DNA of 64,000 nt. Source: Podarcis muralis (lineage: Eukaryota). The notes under the pieces are model-generated. The model had not been told where the DNA came from. It made no database searches and was given only the letters and a program-made list of their open reading frames with translations. Location of the stretch: positions 37,944,001 to 38,008,000 of the forward strand of contig NC_135670.1 of NCBI RefSeq assembly GCF_964188315.1, read 5' to 3'. The position numbers were made by a program, and so were the translations under genes. Of the stretch, positions 23,280-35,800 are shown piece by piece (the stretch's first letter is position 1; each line of letters begins with the position of its first letter).

Positions 23280-23610
23280 AAAAGGTTTCACAAAAATTCG
23301 TCAGCATAGCAGTGTCCATTTCTATCATTTTTGAAACAGTTCTGGCTGATCCACAGATTTCCCAGCCATTTCTCCTAATGTAATATAATTTTGGATTTCA
23401 TTTTCACTAATGTATGCACTTTTGCGAACAGTGTGATTTGAATATAAATCTTTGCTTTTGGTTGGAGAAGCGAATTGCAAAATTCAGAGAAGTACAAATG
23501 TCAGAGGACAGCTGCATTTTGGCTTACAAATTGTTGCAAGAATTCTGAATCAGGAGATTTTTTAAATTATTAATATGTTAATTGAACTCAATTCCTCTCC
23601 TATCCCTAGT
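23280..23610. mobile_element. Unclassified dispersed repeat in intron 2 of gene B (also in intron 2 of gene D, ~58065-58400)
   Basis: Present in B and D, absent from A and C. It ends in TCCTCTCCTATCCCTA, resembling a common lizard non-autonomous element. Confidence 0.5.
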
Positions 23611-25339
23611 TGTGTCTCATCACAAAGGTTCAAACTAAGCAAGGGAAATGCTTGTCCTGATTTTGTCCACTAGCCCTGACCACTTTTGCTCAATTGTCAA
23701 GGAGACCAAGAAGTTCTGGAGAGCCATAGGTTTCCCCCTCATGAAATATACGACAATGTCCAAGTACAAAAGAGTTTCTGAACAGACAATACCTCCACAG
23801 TTAAGTTGAGCAGTGCTTCTTTCTTCCCAACTAACAAAACCTGTGGGTATAGGTCCAGATCTTGAATTATTTTAGTGGTGTACATCACCGCAAAGTATAG
23901 GAAAACTTGATGCCTTAATTTATAACCGTTTGCTCTAACCCTCCAATTCTTGTGGGGTTGATTTCTTCCTCCAGATTGCTTACTGTGTATTAGCTCCAGT
24001 GAGAAGCCCAGAGTTGCAGCCCCAGACATTCTACCGAACGGTGCCCAATGAGAAATATCAATATGCAGGGATTGTCATGCTACTTCTACATTTCCAGTGG
24101 ACATGGGTAGGAATTGTGGCATCCGATGATGAAAATGGAGAGACCTTTATGCAAAGCTTAGTGCCAATGCTTTCCCAGCATGGAGTCTGTACAGCTTTCA
24201 GTGAAAAACTACCAGCCTTATCTCAGGGTCTAGATAATTTCAGTTCCTTGGAAGTCATTCGGGCCAAGTCCTCTTTCTGGTGGCTTCAGAATTCAACATA
24301 TTGGTTCTGTGTGCAGAACCTGAGACCATTACAGTTGTGAAATGGATGCAATATTTCTATTCAGTAGCTGAAGATGTTGAAGAGAAGTCTACAGGCACCG
24401 TGTGGGTTTTGACAGCCCAGTGGGCTTTCACTTCAGAAACACTGCAAAGGTATTACGATATACAAGTCTTTGATGGTGCCTTGTCTTTTGCAATTCACAC
24501 AGAAAAAGTCCAGGGATTTAAAGACTTCCTTCAGACCCTGAACCCCAACTCTCCAAATGGAGATGGGTTCCTCCAGGCTTTTTGGCAACAGGCATTCAAC
24601 TGTTTATTTTCTGCTTCCAATGGGCACAAGGAAAACACAAAGACCTGCACTGGCCATGAGAATCTGGAGAGCCTTCCTGGGCATATTTTTGAGATGACCA
24701 TGACTGGCCAAAGTTACAGTACCTATAATGCGGTTTATGCCATTGCACATTCTTTACATCAGATGCACTCATCCAGGCCAAAACGCAGAATGATGGCAGA
24801 CAGAGGTGGGCTCGATCCTCCAAAACTGCAACCTTGGAAGGTGAGATTTCCTATGCAGAGTAAACCTTTGCAAAGTTGAGCAAGAGAAAGGGGAATTATC
24901 AAGAATTTAGAATATGTTTGAAAAGATTAAGGTTTGTCTCTACCCATGACTGCCCACCCATTCTGTCCACCAACTATTTTCTAGAACCTGCATTTGTTTT
25001 TGCATTTGCACTAAAGAGGAACATATAGGGCTATTTTCAAATGTAATTACCTGGACAGTTTTTTAACTCGCTTCCAGTGATGCCCATTGATTATAGTGGG
25101 CCTGCAAGTTAAGGTCATTTTACATTGGTGGGGAAAAGTAAACGAACAAATGGAGATCAGGGAAAACCCACCATGAGCTGCTCTCCATTTCTTTGCCCCC
25201 TTCTCCCTGCACACCCACATTGCAGGAGGGGCAGTTCCAGGGCTTCCTGACATGGCACCATTTTGCCTTTGCACATGGACCCCAGAGCTGAACCCTCACG
25301 CAAGTGGCAGGCCAGCTGTACTTGCTAGAAATATTTAGG

Positions 25340-25657
25340 TGCTCCCTTCCCCTCCTTCCTTTTTCCTTTCTCCTTCTGTGATGGAACTCCTATTTGCGGA
25401 CTTCCCTAGCTTTTTTATGGCCCACATAGGACCAGTCTGGATAGTTGGCCTGGGTGAAGATTTGACGTTTTCATTCCCAAAAAAGGTTCTGATCTGAGTT
25501 TCTACTGAAATGAGGCTGCATTTAATGTTGTTTTTTAATCTTGTTTTTAAGTTGTATTTTAATCAATTGTTTTATACCTGGTGTTAGCCGCCCTGAGCCC
25601 GGTCTTGGCTGGGGAGGGCGAGGATTATTTTTTTACTAATAAATAAATAAATAAATA
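25340..25657 (+). mobile_element. L2-like LINE 3' fragment in intron 3 of gene B
   Basis: GTTAGCCGCCCTGAGCCCGGTCTTGGCTGGGGAGGGCG followed by a (TAAA)n tail; absent at the equivalent site in A and D. Confidence 0.65.
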
Positions 25658-26924
25658 TTGTAGACTGCACAGTTTTGGACTACTTTGCATTGTGTGGAAT
25701 ATATTGATGGATACTTTCCCTTTGTTTTCGTCTGCCTAGCTGCACTCGTTCTTGAGGAGTATCTCCTTCAACAACAGTGCTGGTGACTTAGTGTCCTTTG
25801 ATGAGAAGGGGGAATTAGCAGGTGGATTTGATATTATTAACTGGGTTACTTTTCCAAACCAAACCTTCTCCCGTGTGAAAGTAGGAAAGATAGTTCCACA
25901 AGATTCACAAAACGTAGACTTCAGTATGGATGAGGAAACCATCACATGGCACAGATCTTTTAATCAGGTGGGACCATTGGTTTTTTAAAAATGAGATATT
26001 TTTATTAAGAATACAAATAATAAGGTTAATGTAGATATTCTTTATCATTAATTAGCAAATTGTTTAATTATAACCCATGTTATTTTACCATTGTACATGA
26101 GGTGAGAAGTAGATATTTTCTTCTTTAGAGTTCTGGTTTGAAAGTATATAATGGTAATATATTCCACTATATTGCAAATGAAATATTGTTGGCTTCCAAC
26201 TCTCCTCCTCCCTGATCATTGGCCAGGCTGGTTTTAAGACTGAGATGAGTTACAGTCCAATACCACCTGGTGGACCAAAGGTTCCACATCCGTGAAATAT
26301 AGGATTTCAAAACATTTCAATGCTTTGCACATTTATGTAGGAGTAAATCATGCTGAACGAAGTGAGATTTACAGCTCAGAAGACAAGGGGAGGCTAAGTT
26401 ACCCATTTGTTTTGAAAGAAGATTGATGGTCTTGGGGAGCTTCCTATGTTACCTTCTTTTTTAACTCCCTGTATTTCAAAGTCTGTTGTCTTCCCTGTCC
26501 TCTCTCCATCCTCCATCTTTAACATTCAATATCCTTTCTTATTCATTCCCAATATTTACATTACAGTTTGTTTAGGTATACAATACACCTTTCTGGAATA
26601 ATGTTAATCAGTCAGCTCATCTCTTCCCTTTGGTTAAAACTGTGTTGTTTACAAGGCACAAGAGAGCTACATTTTCTCCTCTTTTTATGGCTAGGTGCTG
26701 CCCCTTGCCTTGTGTAATGATCGCTGCCAGCCAGGCTACAGCAGGAAAAAGAAGGAGGGGTTGCCATTTTGTTGCTATGATTGTGCTTCATGTCCACATG
26801 GGATGATTTCAAATCAAACGGGTAGGAGACATCATCTGCTATTTTGTATAATGCTTCCTAATATCTATTTAGTACTCTTAAACAGAAGAGCAGCTGCACT
26901 GATATCTGGAAGAAAAAAGAAATA

Positions 26925-27855
26925 CCGTATTTTTTGCACCACAACACTCACTTTTTTCCTCCTAGAAAGTAAGGGGAAATGTCTGTGCATGTTATGGAGG
27001 GAATGCCTACGGGTGGCGGGGGGGATCTGCTGCAGTCGTGAGCAGAGAATACATGGTTCCCCTTCCTTCCCTCCTCCGTGGCTTGCTTTGAAACAGCAAA
27101 GCGGGAGAAGAGCCGCGGAGTGGGGAGGAGAGAGGGACAGAGAGCCTGCTTCCTTAAAGGAGCAAAGCGGGAGAGGAGAGGAGCCGCTTACACGAGTGTA
27201 AGCGGCTCCTGTCCGGTTGGTTCCTTTAAAGCAAGCAGGCTCTCTGTCACTCTCTCCTCCCCACTCAGCTAGCTAAATAGCAGCAAAGTTTTTCAGCTCG
27301 CTAAGCCGGGGATGAGCAGGGAGGAGGAAGAAAAGCAGAGCCTGCTTGCTTTAAAGGAGCAAAGCGGGAGAGGAGAGGAGCCTTCTCCCCTTATACCCCT
27401 CTTCTTCATTATTAGCAGCATCCTTCTTTACCCACCCCACGCATGCTCCTTGTCCCTTGAGTGCTTTTCCTTCCCTCCCCACTTAAAACGTGGTTACAAA
27501 GCACGGATCCACATGGATCCTCAGGATTTTTGCACTGGGTCACCCCAAATTCACCATCAGATCACATAGCATGTCCATGGCTACATCTTGCACCAAAAAA
27601 ATCACGCACCCACTGTTGCCTGGGGCCGGAGTGGTGCAAAAACGTGGTTACAAAGCATGGATCCACATGGATCCTCGGGATTTTTGCATTGGGCTACTCC
27701 AAACTCACTGTCAGATCACATGTCTGTGGCCACAGCATGAACCACAAAAATCATACATCCACTGTTTCGTTTAGAATATTTTTTTTCTTGTTTTCCTCCT
27801 CTAAAAACTACATGCGTGCTATGGTCGGGTGCGTGTTATAGAGCGAAAAATACGG
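26925..27855. mobile_element. Tc1/mariner-superfamily (pogo/Tc2-like) MITE in intron 5 of gene B
   Basis: TIRs CCGTATTTTTTGCACCACAACAC and GTGTTATAGAGCGAAAAATACGG; TA TSD at 26923-26924 and 27856-27857; internal direct repeats at ~27141/27337 and ~27484/27639; empty TA site in gene D. Confidence 0.88.
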
Positions 27856-29422
27856 TAGCTGGAGAAACTAGATCCAGAACTTTTACAAAGGAGATCTCTG
27901 GAAATAGGTGTGGAATATGTCTAGTGTTCTCTGCCTGCTTCCCACATACTACATTGTTAGGAGTGGATAGTTTTAGTTGTGTGAGCCAGAAAAAAGCATA
28001 AAACTGTCTCCTTATGGAGAACTGTCTTCAGCCCAGCCTCTGAGCCCAAAGTGGCTGTTCTCAAGAAGCCTCCATCACCATGAAGATCTCTCTGGGTGTG
28101 ACCAACTGTAGTTAAGGGCACAACCAAAGACAATGTTTCTGATTGTTAACTGCAGATGAAAGACAGAGTACAACCTATTGCGGATTATGCATAATGACAG
28201 GAGATTGTACAGTTTTCAACATTCACTTTTCTCTGATACTTTTTCCAACTAATGTCTTATTTGTTGGAACTCATATATCACTCATTTCATTTTCATTTTT
28301 TTCAGATATGGATTATTGTTTCCAATGCCAAGATAACCAATTTCCAAACAAGGCCAGAGATCAATGCATCCCCAAACGCCAACATTTTCTTTCCTACGCA
28401 GAACCTTTAGGGTTCGTTTTAGCTTCCTTAGCCCTGGTCTTTTCTCTGCTCACAGCTTGCATACTTGGCGTCTTCTCTAGGAATGGGGACACTCCCATTG
28501 TCAAAGCCAACAACCGGGACCTCACCTACACTCTGCTCCTTGCCCTCTTGCTCTGCTTCCTCTGCTCCTTGCTCTTCATTGGCCAGCCTCACCCAGTCAG
28601 CTGCTCTTTACGACAAGCTGCTTTTGGCATCATCTTCTCCATTGCTGTGTCTTGTGTCTTGGCCAAAACCATTACGGTGGTTCTGGCTTTCATGGCCACC
28701 AAACCAGGATCCAGGATGAGGAAATGGGTGGGGAAATCTCTCACAAACTCGGTTCTTCTTGCTTGCTGCTCCGTTCAAACCAGCATTTGTGCTGCTTGGC
28801 TCTGTACGGCTCCTCCATTCCCAGATGTGGACATGAACTCTCTGATGGAGGAAATCATTGTGGAATGCAATGAAGGTTCTGTCGCGATGTTTTATTCTGT
28901 CCTGGGTTATCTGGGATTGCTGGCCATGGTCAGCTTCACTATGGCTTTCCTGGCCAAGAGGTTGCCGGACAGTTTCAACGAAGCCAAGTTCATCACCTTC
29001 AGCATGTTGGTGTTCTGCAGCGTTTGGCTGTCCTTTGTTCCCTCTTATCTGAGCACCAAAGGAAAGCAGATGGTGGCTGTGGAGGTCTTTTGCATCTTGG
29101 CCTCCAGCGCAGGTTTGCTGGGTTGTATCTTTTCCCCCAAATTGTACATAATTCTTCTGAGGCCTGACTTGAACAGCAAGGACCACTTAATTCTGAGGAG
29201 CAAATAGGAATCAACTTGTGTTGATTATTTTAATTTTTGCATTGTTTGCTGGCTTTTGTTGGAAGAAGACCAGACAAAGCTATTCCTTGTATTTCTCAAT
29301 TCATATCCTTTTCATCTTTTTCATCCCTCTCTTGTCATTGGCTATTTCTGTACAGCATTTTTCACAAGTGAATCTGTGCTGAATGTGGTCTGCAGAATAA
29401 TCTAAATCTAAACACTGTAATA

Positions 29423-29750
29423 CATAAGAACACATGAAGAGCCTAGTGGATCAGGCCCATAGCCCTTCTGGTCCAGCCTCCTGTTCTCACAGGGGCCAAC
29501 TAGATGCCCCAAAGGGGAAGCTGCAAGCAGGATTCAAGCACAAGAACACTTTCCCCTCCTTCGGTTTCCAGCAACTCGTATTCAGGAACATGGGTGCCTC
29601 CAACTGTGGCATCAGAGCTGAGCCATCCTGGCTAGGAGACATCAATAGCCCTCTCCTCTGTGAATTTGTCTAGGGCTCTTTTAAAGCCATCTAGTCTGGT
29701 GGTCATCCCTGCCCCCTGTGGGAGTGACTGCCATAGTTTAACTATGTACT
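29423..29750 (-). mobile_element. CR1 LINE 3' end
   Basis: The reverse complement encodes IVKLWQSLPQGAGMTTRLDGFKRALDKF (CR1 ORF2 end), followed by the 3' UTR ending in TTCTTATG. Confidence 0.85.
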
Positions 29751-30157
29751 GTATATACAGCAACCATGCAAAATAAGACATGAAACCAATGGAATGTAAG
29801 AGTGGTTAAAACATTAAATGAATAGATGATTAAAACTTTTATCATCAACAATGCACAGTTCATTTATCAGGTTTTTTCCAAAATATCTCGTGCATTTGTG
29901 CTTTGAATATAGAGCAATGTTCTCATGTGGGGATTTTGGAGGAACATGTTGAGTCTGAATTCCTTTTCTCTTGGCATGTTTTGAAACTTGTAGCCCTTGA
30001 AACAGCAAGCTAGTGGCAGCTGCTGCTCATGGGGACTATTAGGGAAGGAGAAGGCAAGGAGACCAAGAGGAGGTGGAGCCAGAGTCAGTAAATAGAACCA
30101 CCACATGATTTGCTGAGGTCCTGCAGGTAGCTTGGGGGAGGATATATGGGAATTTTC

Positions 30158-30682
30158 TTTTTCTTTTTTTTATAAAAGTTTTTATTAGTTTTCAATACAA
30201 TATACATATGGTACTATACCAAAGGTTTATCACAAATTATATATTATGGACTTCCTTCAGCTTATCTGCCAATCATCCATAGTTAAATTTTAGTTACGCA
30301 TTTCTTAAATTTAATACTGCCTTTTTATATACCTTCCCAATCTTATTTTTCTTTTTTACAATACTCCTCAGCCTTTCACAGAGCTTCTGGAAATCCCACA
30401 AACGTTGTTTGTTCATCACATATATTTTTCAGATACTCTACAAATTTTCCCCAGTCCTCGATGAACTTATGGTCTCGTTGATATCTAATCTTCCCAGTTA
30501 ATTTATCCAGTTCTGCATTGTCCATCATTTTCATTCTCCATTCTTCCAGGGTCAGTACTTCCTCCTGTTTCCATCTTTGGGCCATTAATACTCTCGCCGC
30601 TGTAACTGCATATTGGAAAAGTTTACAGTCCTTTCTATTTATTTCATTTCCTACTATTCCTAAGAGAAGAGCTTCTGGGGAA
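30158..30682 (-). mobile_element. 5'-truncated L1-clade LINE
   Basis: ORF 30376-30711 (PEALLLGIV...TAARVLMAQRWKQEE...W) is an ORF2 C-terminus. T-rich end; 14-bp TSD ATATGGGAATTTTC at 30144-30157 and 30683-30696. Confidence 0.9.
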
Positions 30683-31429
30683 ATATGGGAATTTTCAGAG
30701 TAGTGCCCCAATTACCCTACTACTCTCCACTGCACCTAGTACCTGTGACTATAAGTGCACGCTTTGTAAACTGGATCTGTGAATAGCCCAGAGACATCCT
30801 GTGATGGTCTGAGGAGGATAGCCTGCCTTGCATAGCATTGAGAAAACGATGGCTGCTGTCATGGATCTATAGCACCATGGTTCAATGTAATGAATGGCTG
30901 TAGAATAATCCAGAAATCATCTGATCTGTCAGTCGCTATACTTATGAATAGCAGTAAGATAACGTAAGATAGCGTTATTTTATGAAGCAGTCCTAAAGAT
31001 AACTGTGGTGCACATGGTTGGAATTTTACTGGGGAAATCAGTTTAATATAGTAAAGGTGTATCCCTTCATGGAGAGAGATCATCAGTGTGAAACATGTAA
31101 CTTCTGCTGAGTCTATACTTTATATATGTATTTGAAAACTATATTATACATATATCTATTTATATGTAATCAAGGAAAGCTGCTGATCACAGAATGTTGC
31201 TGAAAAAGCCTGTATAACATGGCAAAACAGTATGAATGAACATTTTTAATCCTTTCAGTCATCATTCACATGAAGATACACAGCCACATCCCACTTGCTT
31301 CAGAAAATGAATTTGTCACATTTCCAAGTGGGACTTCCGAACAATTGTTCGGTATGTATTTCCCATTGGTGCTCATTCCCCTAGAAATACCACCTCACAC
31401 CCAGAATCTCTGAATTTATCTTCTCTGTG

Positions 31430-31665
31430 GTGCGGGCTCCGCGCTGGGAGAAAGCCGCCTGGCGTGGAGGCCCCCCCCCCCCCGCTGCTTCAGAAGCAGC
31501 AGCAGCGGGCGGCGGGCTCTGCTCTGCACCGAGTGGCTTTCTCCCGGCACGGAGGTGCCCAGCGTATTAGGCGACTGGGCTTATAAGACGCACCCCCAAG
31601 GTGCAGCTGCGAATTCGGGGGGGTCGTCTAATACGCCCAGTTGCTTAATATGCCGTAATCTACAG
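31430..31665. mobile_element. One-ended fragment of a pogo/Tc2-like MITE at the inversion junction
   Basis: GC-rich interior, subterminal palindromic GCGTATTAG / CTAATACGC repeats, and an end ...GCCGTAATCTACAG followed by TA. The other TIR is missing. Confidence 0.65.
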
Positions 31666-31759
31666 TAAGCAATTCACCACTGCCCTAATTGTGTCCTCAC
31701 AGTTTCTCCCAAAGGAGTTCTTGGAGTTGCCCCAGATCTTTTTCTCCGTTTCTAGATAA

Positions 31760-31806
31760 GAACGGACCTCCGGAACAAATTAAATTAGTAAGTGGAGGTG
31801 CCACTG
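31760..31806. mobile_element. Orphan right terminus of a mariner-type MITE
   Basis: GGAACAAATTAAATTAGTAAGTGGAGGTGCCACTG+TA resembles the right end of the 2552-3487 element (GGAACGAATTAATTTCGTCTTGCGAGGCACCACTG+TA). Confidence 0.65.
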
Positions 31807-32850
31807 TATGTCCAAAGGGAGGATGCTATAGTATTCTTCATATTATGAATATTCTTGATTCTACTTTCTTGTGCTAAAAATTGTAAGTTGTGACATATGT
31901 GGGCCATAGGTGACATGGGGGTGGGGGAGCATACCTCTCCATCATCCGATATCACAGAGACATCAGAGAACCCATTTTCCCCACATGAATGATCAGCTGG
32001 TCCTTGGGCCTGAAACTCAGCAAACATGGTGCTCTGCAAGCCCCTGCTATCAGCTGATCTTTGGGGCCTCACAGTGCTACATATGGAGCTATTCAAGGCC
32101 CCACAAAATCTACTTGTTGGGGTTTCCATAGCTTCATGAACACAGTTTTGCAAGCCTGAACTATCAGAACATCATCAGCACTTGTAAAGCACTTTGCGCA
32201 GGGATTTGTAGGTTCTCCTGACAGCTGTTCTTCAGTCCAGCCACTCTGTATCTGCCCTACATGGAAAAGATAAATTCAGAGAATCTGGGTCTCATTTGTA
32301 GGCAGATGAGGACCAGTGGGTAACAAATGTCATTCAATTGTTTTGAAGCCCCACTTGGAAATGTGGCAACTTCACATTGTGAAGCCAGATGGATGTGTAC
32401 AGACATTTTTATCTACAGGTGGGTGATGACGGAAAGGATTAAAAATGCCACCTCTTAATTGTCCATAATGTTCTGCCATGTTATACAGGCTTTTGCAGCT
32501 ACATTCTGAGATCAGCAGCTTTTCTTGATTACACATAAATAAATACAATATAGCTTTTACCTAAATGTATAAAGTATAGCCTTGGCATAAGTTACGTGTT
32601 TCACACTGATGATCTCTCCCCATGAAGGGATATACATTTAGCACACTGTGAATGGAAGATCAGTGTATTGACAGGATAACAAAGTGACAGAACAACTTTA
32701 TGGGCTTAATAATTGGTCTCAGCTTTATTGGTTACAGATGTAGGTTGGAGGCTATTTCTAGGAATGAAAGGGATAAGAGTTGAGAAATACAAGGAATTAG
32801 TTTGGTCTTCTTCCAATAAATGCCAGCAAACAATGCAAACATTAAAAGCA

Positions 32851-35800
32851 TCAACACAAGTTGATTCCTATTTGCTCCTCAGAATTAAGTGGTCTCTGCT
32901 GTTCAAGTCGGGCCTCAGAAGAATTATGTACAATTTGGGGGACAAAGATACAACCCAGCAAACCTGCGCTGGAGGCCAAGATGCAAAAGACCTCCACAGC
33001 CACCATCTGCTTTCCTTTGGTGCTCAGATAAGAGGGAACAAAGGACAGCCAAACGCTGCAGAACACCAACATGCTGAAGGTGATGAACTTGGCTTCGTTG
33101 AAACTGTCCGGCAACCTCTTGGCCAGGAAAGCCATAGTGAAGCTGACCATGGCCAGGAATCCCAGATAACCCAGGACAGAATAAAACATCGCGACAGAAC
33201 CTTCATTGCATTCCACAATGATTTCCTCCCTCAGAGAGTTCATGTCCACATCTGGGAATGGAGGAGCCGTACAGAGCCAAGCAGCACAAATGCTGGTTTG
33301 AACGGAGCAGCAACCAAGAAGCACCGAGTTTGTGAGAGATTTCCCCACCCATTTCCTCATCCTGGATCCTGGTTTGGTGGCCATGAAAGCCAGAACCACC
33401 GTGATGGTTTTGGCCAAGACACAAGACACAGCAATGGAGAAGATGATGCCAAAAGCAGCTTGTCGTAAAGAGCAGCTCACTGGGTGAGGCTGGCCAATGA
33501 AGAGCAAGGAGCAGAGGAAGCAGAGCAAGAGGGCAAGGAGCAGAGTGTAGGTGAGGTCCCGGTTGTTGGCTTTGACAATGGGAGTGTCCCCATTCCTAGA
33601 GAAGACGCCAAGTATCCAAGCTGTGAGCAGAGAAAAGACCAGAGCTAAGGAAGCTAAAACGAACCCTAAAGGTTCTGCGAAGGAAAGAAAATGTTGGCGT
33701 TTGGGGATGCATTGATCTCTGGCCTTGTTTGGAAATTGGTCATCTTGGCATTGGAAACAATAATCCATATCTGAAAAAAATCAAAATCAAATGTGTGATA
33801 TATGAGTTCCGACAAATAAGGCATTAATTAGTTGGAAAAAGTATCAGAGATAAGTGGATATTAACAACAGTTTGTACAATTTATGCATAATCCACAATAG
33901 GCTTTAGGTTTTGATAGGCCTAAGGTGCATGGATTTTTCATCTACTCTGTCCTTCATCTGCAGTTAATGATCAGAAACATGGCCTTTAGTTGTGCCCTTA
34001 GCTAGAGTTGGTCACAATTCTTTGTGGTACAATGTGCAAAATAGTAATACCAGATTCCCTGGGGGAAGTTGAAATAGGTATTAGGAAGCATTATACAAAA
34101 TAGCAGATGATGTCTCCTACCCGTTTGATTTGAAATCATCCCATTTGGACATGATGCACAATCATAGCAACAAAATGGCAACCCCTCCTTCTTTTTCCTG
34201 CTGTAGCCTGGCTGGCAGCGATCATTACACAAGGCAAGGGGCAGCACCTAGCCATAAAAAGAGGAGAAAATGTAGCTCTCTTGTGCCTTGTGAACAACAC
34301 AGTTTTAACCAAAGAGAAGAGATCAGCTGACTGATTAACATTGTTCCAGAAAGGTGTGTTGTATGCGTAAATAAATTGCAAAATGTAAATATTGAGAGTG
34401 AATGAGAAGGAATATTGAATTCTTCATCTGCATAAAGATGGAGGAGTGAGAGAGGACAGAGAAGACAACAGACTTTGACATACTGGGAGTTGACAGAGAA
34501 GGTAAAATAGGAAGCACCACAAGACCATCAATCTTCTTTCAAAACAAATGGGTAACTTATCCTGTCCTTGTCTTCTGAGCTGTAAATCTCACTTGGTTCA
34601 GCATGATTTACTCCTACATAAATGTGCATAGCATTAAAATGTTAGACTGAAATATAAGGGATATGGAACCTTTGGTCCACCAGATGGTATTGGACTGCAA
34701 CTCTCCTCAGTCTGAAAACCAGCTTGGCCATTGATCAGGGAGGATGGGAGTTGGAAGCCAACAATATTCCGTATGCAATATAGTGGAATATATCACCATT
34801 ATATACTTCTAAAGGAGGACCATAAAGAAGAAAATCTTTACTTCTGACCTCATATTTGTTGGTAAAATAACTTGCTGGAAATGGATTATACTTAAACAAT
34901 TTGCTTATTAATGATAAAGAATGTCTACATTAACCTTATAATTTGTATTCTTAATAACAATACCTCGTTTTTTAAAATCCAATGGTCCCACCTGATTAAA
35001 AGATCTGTGCCATGTGATGGCTTCCTCATCCATGCTGAATTCTACTTTTTGTGATTCTTCTGGAACTACCTTTCCTACTTTCACACGGGAGAAGGTTTGG
35101 TTTGGAAAAGTAACCCAGTTAATAATATCAAATCCACTTGCTAATTCTCCATTCTCATCAAAGGACACTAAGTCACCAGCACTGTTGTTGAAGGAGATAC
35201 TCCTCAAGAACGAGTGCAGCTAGGCAGAAGAAAACAAAGACAAAGTTTATAAAAGGAGAGCTTCAATGGATTTTAGAAACAAGAAGTATCCATCAATATT
35301 TTTCACACAATGGAAAGTAGTCCAAAACTGTGCAGTCTACAACATTTGGAGAACATAAGTATTTCTAACAACTACAGCTGGCCTGCCACTTGCGTGAGGG
35401 TTCAGCTCTGGAGTCCGTGTGCAAAGGCAAAATGGTGCCATGTCAGGAAGCCCTGGAACTGCCCCTCCTGCAAGGTGGGTGTGCAGGGAGAAGGGGGCAA
35501 AGAAATGGGGGGCAGCTCATGGTGGGTTTTCCCTGATCTCCTTCTTTTGTTTTTTGTTTGTTTGTTTTTGTTTGTTTGTTTGTTTGTTTGTTTGTTTGTT
35601 TACTTTTCCCCATCCAAGAGATGCTTCCAAATGTCTTGACAGCCCATGTTCCTAGAGAGGCAGGGAAAGGGTACAGAGTGCCAGAACTCCTTCAACTGTT
35701 CCTGCAAATGGAAGGGAAGTACAGGTCCTATCTTGATTGTGGCTCCTTCAGCTTGAAGGAAAGGAAAAACAGTTAAGCATTGAAAAGAATGTGGGAATAG

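Larger units (their letters stand above)
21681..29207 (+). pseudogene. Vmn2r: V2R gene B, six exons (21681-21913, 22846-23137, 23975-24840, 25740-25967, 26695-26821, 28306-29207), with a 1-bp deletion in exon 3; pseudogene or assembly error
   Basis: Exon 3 is 866 nt against 867 in A, C and D. TCCTCTTTCTGGTGG at ~24269-24283 versus TCCTCTTTCCTGGTG in A. The ORF track splits into 23999-24340 and 24280-24879. All other exons are open. Confidence 0.85.
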
